A stretch of DNA of 64,000 nucleotides, from assembly GCA_963662275.1 (NCBI GenBank), contig OY759316.1, positions 4,032,001-4,096,000 on the forward strand, written 5' to 3'. Shown here one piece after another: positions 58,800 to 64,000 of the stretch. The position numbers and the translations under genes were made by a program. Below the pieces are notes generated by a model, which saw only the letters and a program-made list of their open reading frames with translations, made no database searches and was not told the origin of the DNA. This DNA comes from Candidatus Cloacimonadales bacterium (lineage in GTDB: Bacteria; Cloacimonadota; Cloacimonadia; Cloacimonadales; DAONDQ01). The stretch's first letter is position 1. Every line of letters starts with the position of its first letter.

Positions 58800-59897
58800 A
58801 TGAAAAAATTGATAACCAATAATCGTGTAGCTATCCTCGACTTAGGTACAAATACATTGAAGCTTCTCATTGCTGAACAAAACGATGGACAGTGGGAATT
58901 TATCCTTGATACAGCCATATCATGCCGTTTGGGTGAAGGTTTGAAGCAAAGCAAAAGACTTTCACCGAATGCTAAACAACGTGCCTTGGATGCTTTGGAT
59001 AAGGCAATTGCACTTTGTGACCGGAGTAAAGTTAGTCAAATATATCCTATCGCTACTGAAGCATTCAGGATAGCAGATAACGGAGAAGATTTTCGTCTGA
59101 AAATAAAAAAAGAACTGAATCTGGATTTTAAGATAATCTCAGGAGACGAAGAAGCTGCTCTTGCCTTGGAAATGCTAAAATATGAATTCCCCCTCAGTAT
59201 GAAGGAAACCCTTATCATTGATATTGGGGGCGGAAGCACAGAGATAAGTGCGAAGTACGAAGTGCGAAGTACGAACGGGAAGACGAAGGAAGAAAGTTCG
59301 AAGTACGAAGTGCGAAGTACGAACGGGATAATATCCCCCCTTGAGAAGGGGGGTAGGGGGGTCAACCATATTTCTTCGGACTTCGAACTTCAAAATATAG
59401 AATCCCCCTCCACCAACTTCGAACTTCGAACTTCGGACTTCGAACTTCGAGTGAGTTTGCCGATGGGATGTGTTACCCTCACAGAAGAGTTTTTACCCTC
59501 TGATCCGCCTACAGAAGATGAAGTGCTTGCATTACAAGACCATATCAAGTCTATTATCAGTCAATTCCCCAAACCAGAGAATCCTTTATCATGTATAGGT
59601 TTGGCAGGAACATTAGTGACTCTTGGCTCTTTGTTCCTGGGTGAATTCAATGCAGAAAACATTCATGGATTGACGATGACTTATGATCAAATTGATATCA
59701 TCTCTTTAAATTTAAATCATATGACCAACGAAGAAAGAAAGACAATGCCCGGCATGATCCTCAATCGGGAAGATGTCCTGCCTGCCGGTGCAATTATGCT
59801 GCTGGAGATTATGACTCATTTCCATATTGATACTGTTACTATCAGTACACATGGGATTCGGCACGGGTATTTGTACAGCCTGGAACGCTGTCTTTAG
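58800..59897 (+). CDS. ppx: Ppx/GppA-family exopolyphosphatase (short form) with a 68-codon repeat insertion
   Basis: ILDLGTNT.KL, RLGEG, ATEAFR.A.N, ISG.EEA, DIGGGSTE, SLPMG, GLAGT, R.DVL.AG, GIR.G. Confidence 0.9.
   Translation: MKKLITNNRVAILDLGTNTLKLLIAEQNDGQWEFILDTAISCRLGEGLKQSKRLSPNAKQRALDALDKAIALCDRSKVSQIYPIATEAFRIADNGEDFRLKIKKELNLDFKIISGDEEAALALEMLKYEFPLSMKETLIIDIGGGSTEISAKYEVRSTNGKTKEESSKYEVRSTNGIISPLEKGGRGVNHISSDFELQNIESPSTNFELRTSDFELRVSLPMGCVTLTEEFLPSDPPTEDEVLALQDHIKSIISQFPKPENPLSCIGLAGTLVTLGSLFLGEFNAENIHGLTMTYDQIDIISLNLNHMTNEERKTMPGMILNREDVLPAGAIMLLEIMTHFHIDTVTISTHGIRHGYLYSLERCL
59246..59450. repeat. Intragenic heptamer inverted repeat (CGAAGTR)n...(ACTTCGR)n enclosing a REP palindrome
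   Basis: Seen directly; reading frame preserved. Confidence 0.92.
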
Positions 59898-59939
59898 ACG
59901 GTGGGTAGTTTGCTTTTAAGCGATGCAAAACTAAAAGAG

Positions 59940-61106
59940 CTATATTGAAATGTTTTTCACTAGAAGATCAACTTGGGTATATGGGACAAATCTGTCGTTA
60001 TTCTTTTCCCAAGCCAAATCACCCCCATAGACAATCGCAGCTTCCAAATCCAGACCTAATGTCTTGCGAAATGAGTTTATGTTCTTTAAGACAGATGTAT
60101 TCATATTCTGTGTTGATTTAATCTCAACCGAATAGAGTTCAGCCCCATTTTGAATAATCAAATCGATTTCAGTTCCATTTGATTCTCTGTAAAAATATAT
60201 GGGAGCTTCCATTCCCCTATTGTAATAGCTTTTCAGGAATTCTCCAATAATAAATGTCTCAAATATCTGCCCACGTAAAGGGTGGGTTACTAAGTCATCA
60301 GCGTTTCGAATTCGCAACAAATTACATACTAGTCCCGTGTCATAGAAGTAAAGTTTTGGCTGCTTAACTAGTCTTTTATTTAAATTCGAATGCCAAGGCT
60401 GCAACAGATAGATGATAAAACTTGTTTGCAGGATAGACAACCAATTGTTCACTGTCTTTCTATTGATCCCGACTTCATTCGCTAATGCTTCCTTATTTAG
60501 CAGTGAACCACATCTACCGGCACATAAAGTGAGGAATTTATGAAATAGGTTTAAATCATGAACATTGGTTAACAATCTGATATCCCTCTCTAAATAAGAA
60601 CTAATATAGGATGCATAAAACATGGAAGGATTCATTTTCTTATCGATTAACCTGGGATAAAAACCGTTATATAGTGCTTTATCCAGGATTACCTTCTTAT
60701 TTTCATATATCTCCTGCCAAGTAAAAGGCAATAAATTGAATATCGCAGTTCTTCCAGCCAATGATTGTGATATGCCTTTCATCATCGAAAACTGATTACT
60801 TCCGGTTAACACAAATTGTGCTTCGATGTTAGTTTCATCAACGATGACTTTAATATATGAAAGTAACTCAGGTACTAGTTGGAATTCATCAATAATGTAC
60901 TTCATTGATAAATCAGATAATAGACTTTTTGGGTCTTCCAGCATAATTAGTCTAGTATTAGGATCTTCTAAATCGTAATATCGATAATCTGGAAAACTCA
61001 TTTTTGCTAATGTTGTTTTGCCGGATTGACGGGGACCTGTAATCGTTATGACAGGAAAACCAGCAGCGATTTCCATCATATATTTTTGCATCGTCCTAGT
61101 TATCAT
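59940..61106 (-). CDS. AAA_14 ATPase with DUF4143 domain
   Basis: GPRQSGKTT, IIDEFQ, LTGS, LAGR, GFYP, PKLYFYDTG, EID..VEIK. Confidence 0.9.
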   Translation of the reverse strand: MITRTMQKYMMEIAAGFPVITITGPRQSGKTTLAKMSFPDYRYYDLEDPNTRLIMLEDPKSLLSDLSMKYIIDEFQLVPELLSYIKVIVDETNIEAQFVLTGSNQFSMMKGISQSLAGRTAIFNLLPFTWQEIYENKKVILDKALYNGFYPRLIDKKMNPSMFYASYISSYLERDIRLLTNVHDLNLFHKFLTLCAGRCGSLLNKEALANEVGINRKTVNNWLSILQTSFIIYLLQPWHSNLNKRLVKQPKLYFYDTGLVCNLLRIRNADDLVTHPLRGQIFETFIIGEFLKSYYNRGMEAPIYFYRESNGTEIDLIIQNGAELYSVEIKSTQNMNTSVLKNINSFRKTLGLDLEAAIVYGGDLAWEKNNDRFVPYTQVDLLVKNISI

Positions 61107-61340
61107 AACTTACCTTGCTTGTCCATTTATTTTAGAATATCCAACATCAGTATCATTACTTTTCTTACAGTATTTTCTCTCTGTTATTTATGTAAAGTGG
61201 GTAACGCTATACCTATATTACATAGTATTCATGATGTGATTTCCTGTCAAGATTGCTTTTTTGGGAATGCTTACATGCAGATTCATCGTCAACGATGTGG
61301 GAACAAGTCGCAGACGCTGTGTTCCAGTCTGCCCTTCTTA

Positions 61341-61371
61341 ACTAGCACCTACAACCTAACACCTAGCACCT
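61341..61371 (-). repeat. Reverse TAGGTGY heptamer array upstream of the LVIVD gene
   Basis: actagcacctacaacctaacacctagcacct. Confidence 0.85.
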
Positions 61372-61451
61372 TCTGCAAATCTTTCCTTGACACCGCATTA
61401 ATCCTTAATCTATTTTGCAAATATACTTAACTACTCAAATATATTGGAGAA

Positions 61452-63617
61452 ATGATGAAATCTTGGATTATGCTTATTTTACTTTATCTTTGTTTCCTAC
61501 CTATTTTTGCTGTGATTCATAAGATTGGAGAATATGATACGCCAGGTTTGGCAAGATCAGTTTCCATAATAGGAACAATTGCATATATTGCAGATGGCGA
61601 TTCAGGATTACAAATAGTCAATGTATCAAATCCTCAGAATCCGTATCTATTGGGTTCATATGATACTCCTGGCTTCGCGATTTCAATTTCAGTAGTTGAT
61701 GGGATTGCTTATATAGCAGATTACACTTGTGGTTTGCAGATCATCGATGTTTCTGATCCTCAGAGTCCGTATCTACTTAGTTCATATAATACTCCAGATC
61801 GAACACGCTTCGTTTCGGTTGTGAATAATATTGCCTATATAGCAGATTGGGAATCTGGTCTGCTGATCATCGATGTATCCGATCCTGAGAGTCCGTATCT
61901 ACTTAGTTCTTATGATACACCGGATATAGCATATTCAGTGAATATAGTCGGAAGCACTGCGTATGTAGCTGATGGAGTTACCGGTTTGCAGATTATTGAT
62001 GTTTCCGATCCTCAGAATCCTTTCCTACTTGGATCATACGATACTCCTGGTTACGCAGTTGACGTCAATGTTGTGGACTCTATTGCCTACATAGCGGACG
62101 GCGCTGATGGAGAATCTGGGCTGCAAATTATTGATGTGACAAATCCTCAAAATCCACAACCCCTTGGTTCATATACAACTCCCGGTTATACATTCTCTGT
62201 TGCTGTTCAGGATAACATTGTCTATGTTAGTGGTATGAATTTTCACATTGCTTATCCTTATTTTGAAATCCTTGATGTATCAGATATACAAAATCCACAA
62301 TTACTTGGGTCTTATGATACGCCTGAATCTGTATTTTCGGTCAGCATTTTAAGCAATTTTGCTTATTTAGCAGATGGCTCATCCGGTTTACAGATTATTG
62401 ATGTTTCCAATATCCAAAACCTGTCATTTCTTGGCTCTATATGTACTCCTGGTAACGCAGAAGCTGTCACTGTCATAGGTAATTTTTCTTATACAGTAAA
62501 AGGCAGTTCCGGTATGCAAATCATCGATGTAAATAATCCTCAGGATCCACAAATACGAGGTTCTTATGACACACCTGGTTACGCTTACTCTATCAATGTT
62601 GTGAATAATATTGCTTATATTGGAGATGGCAATTCAGGTTTACAAATAATTGGTGTTTCAAATCCCGATAATCCACAACCTTTCGGATCATATGATACTC
62701 CTGGAAATGCCAAATCCATTGCCGTAGTGGGTAATATTGCTTATATTGCGGATGAGTATTCTGGAATACAGATTATTGATATTATTGATCCTCAAAATCC
62801 ACAACTCCTTTGTTCCTATACTACCATTGAGCCTGCTGAATTTATCTTTGTTGTGAATAACAAAGCTTACGTGATAGAAAGCGAATACATGCTTCAGATA
62901 ATTGATGTTTCCGATTCATTAAATCCTTTTTCACTTGGGACTTATGAAACTCAAGGATGGCTTAAATCTGTTAGCGTTGTTGGTGATATTGCTTTTATGG
63001 CTGGTGGTTATTCTGGCATATTAATTATCGATGTATCCACTCCTGCGACTCCTACATTAGCAGGAATAATTTCAAGTAATCACCAAACAAGCGTAGTAAC
63101 TGATGTTTATATCAAAAACAACTTCCTTTTTGATGTTGATAATAACTGGAATGAGATAGGAATTTATGATATTAGTAATCCCTCTGAACCAATTCTTATT
63201 AGTAATTATTCATGGAATCTAAGGACGGTCGATCTTGTCATGGAAAATGGGAAACTCTATATAGTTAATGTCAGTAATGGTTTGAGTATCTTAGATAATA
63301 ATGCTATCGTTCCAGTTGATGACCCAATAGTGATTCCTAAGAATGAACTCTCCCTCTCCAACTATCCCAATCCATTCAACCCTTCTACAACAATCAGCTT
63401 CGATCTTCCCAAAGCAAGTTTAGTGAACTTGGATATCTATAACATCCGTGGTCAAAAAGTGAAGAACCTTATGAATGAGCATTTTACGCAGGGGAATCAT
63501 ACTGTATCTTGGAATGGAACAAATGATGATGGACATGCTGTTGCTTCCGGTATATATTTTGCCAGGATGAGCAATGGTGGTAAGGTTGTCAGCAGGAAGC
63601 TGGTGCTGGTGAAGTAG
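61452..63617 (+). CDS. Secreted LVIVD-repeat protein with FlgD/T9SS-type C-terminal domain
   Basis: About 14 repeats AYIAD...GLQIIDVS.PQNP.LLGSYDTPG; NYPNPFNPSTTISF; TTGACA at 61387. Confidence 0.9.
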   Translation: MMKSWIMLILLYLCFLPIFAVIHKIGEYDTPGLARSVSIIGTIAYIADGDSGLQIVNVSNPQNPYLLGSYDTPGFAISISVVDGIAYIADYTCGLQIIDVSDPQSPYLLSSYNTPDRTRFVSVVNNIAYIADWESGLLIIDVSDPESPYLLSSYDTPDIAYSVNIVGSTAYVADGVTGLQIIDVSDPQNPFLLGSYDTPGYAVDVNVVDSIAYIADGADGESGLQIIDVTNPQNPQPLGSYTTPGYTFSVAVQDNIVYVSGMNFHIAYPYFEILDVSDIQNPQLLGSYDTPESVFSVSILSNFAYLADGSSGLQIIDVSNIQNLSFLGSICTPGNAEAVTVIGNFSYTVKGSSGMQIIDVNNPQDPQIRGSYDTPGYAYSINVVNNIAYIGDGNSGLQIIGVSNPDNPQPFGSYDTPGNAKSIAVVGNIAYIADEYSGIQIIDIIDPQNPQLLCSYTTIEPAEFIFVVNNKAYVIESEYMLQIIDVSDSLNPFSLGTYETQGWLKSVSVVGDIAFMAGGYSGILIIDVSTPATPTLAGIISSNHQTSVVTDVYIKNNFLFDVDNNWNEIGIYDISNPSEPILISNYSWNLRTVDLVMENGKLYIVNVSNGLSILDNNAIVPVDDPIVIPKNELSLSNYPNPFNPSTTISFDLPKASLVNLDIYNIRGQKVKNLMNEHFTQGNHTVSWNGTNDDGHAVASGIYFARMSNGGKVVSRKLVLVK

Positions 63618-63619
63618 GA

Positions 63620-63650
63620 AGGTACTAGGTGCTAGGTGTTAGGTGCTAGT
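63620..63650 (+). repeat. Forward TAGGTGY heptamer array after the LVIVD stop
   Basis: aggtactaggtgctaggtgttaggtgctagt. Confidence 0.88.
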
Positions 63651-63674
63651 AAGACTCAGAGAATAGACCAGTTG

Positions 63675-64000
63675 CTACTTTAAAAGGGTTATCTTCCCGA
63701 CAGCCGTCTCATATCTATCATTCATGTATTTGAAAAGATAAATACCATTGGGACATATAGTTCCGTTCAGATCAGTACCATTCCATGTAGCTTCAGGTAA
63801 AGACATGCTTCTGACTAATTGCCCGTGGATATTGAAGATTTCAATGGTTCCCTTGTTAATAGTTCTACCGTCCTGTTGCAGGGAGAAGTGAACTTGTTCT
63901 GCAAAGGGATTTGGATATGCAGATAGTTTAATCACAGGAGATGCTGTTTCGTCTGAAACAGGGGTTGACTCTGAATAAAACTGGATGTCTGTGGGGGCAA
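63675..64000 (-). CDS. 3' end of a secreted protein with T9SS/FlgD-type C-terminal domain (runs off window end)
   Basis: AYPNPF, IFNIHGQLVR, WNG, GIYL. Confidence 0.75.
   Translation of the reverse strand, partial: APTDIQFYSESTPVSDETASPVIKLSAYPNPFAEQVHFSLQQDGRTINKGTIEIFNIHGQLVRSMSLPEATWNGTDLNGTICPNGIYLFKYMNDRYETAVGKITLLK

Noticed and set aside
59922..59938. 17-bp match GATGCAAAACTAAAAGA to the stub after MNT 14326
   Set aside because: Short and A-rich with no extended similarity

Overview
AT-rich bacterial chromosomal window. The gene content (FlgD/T9SS-type C-terminal sorting domains, LVIVD and lamin-tail proteins, type-2 IleRS, ptb) resembles Candidatus Cloacimonadota; this assignment is inference. 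Housekeeping content: rsmI (partial), nadC, rnpB, two tRNA-Val, pyk, comM, rpmH-rnpA-yidD-yidC-jag, rlmH, ptb, a sigma-70 factor, LysM/M23, acyP, ileS and ppx. These are interleaved with secreted-protein paralogs, decayed MNT/HEPN toxin-antitoxin modules, a RAYT transposase with its REP array, an IS200-type tnpA pseudogene, and many intergenic REP-like palindrome families. Highlights: (1) a four-helix-bundle (23S-IVP/Avd-like) gene within strictly polarised TAGGTGY heptamer arrays that bracket neighbouring genes; (2) a 204-nt in-frame heptamer inverted-repeat insertion in ppx; (3) a converging cluster of DnaA boxes inside the lamin-tail CDS upstream of rpmH, a candidate intragenic oriC; (4) three copies of one gene's 3' tail marking apparent insertion and domain-swap junctions; (5) an 8x55-bp REP/terminator array after rnpB.
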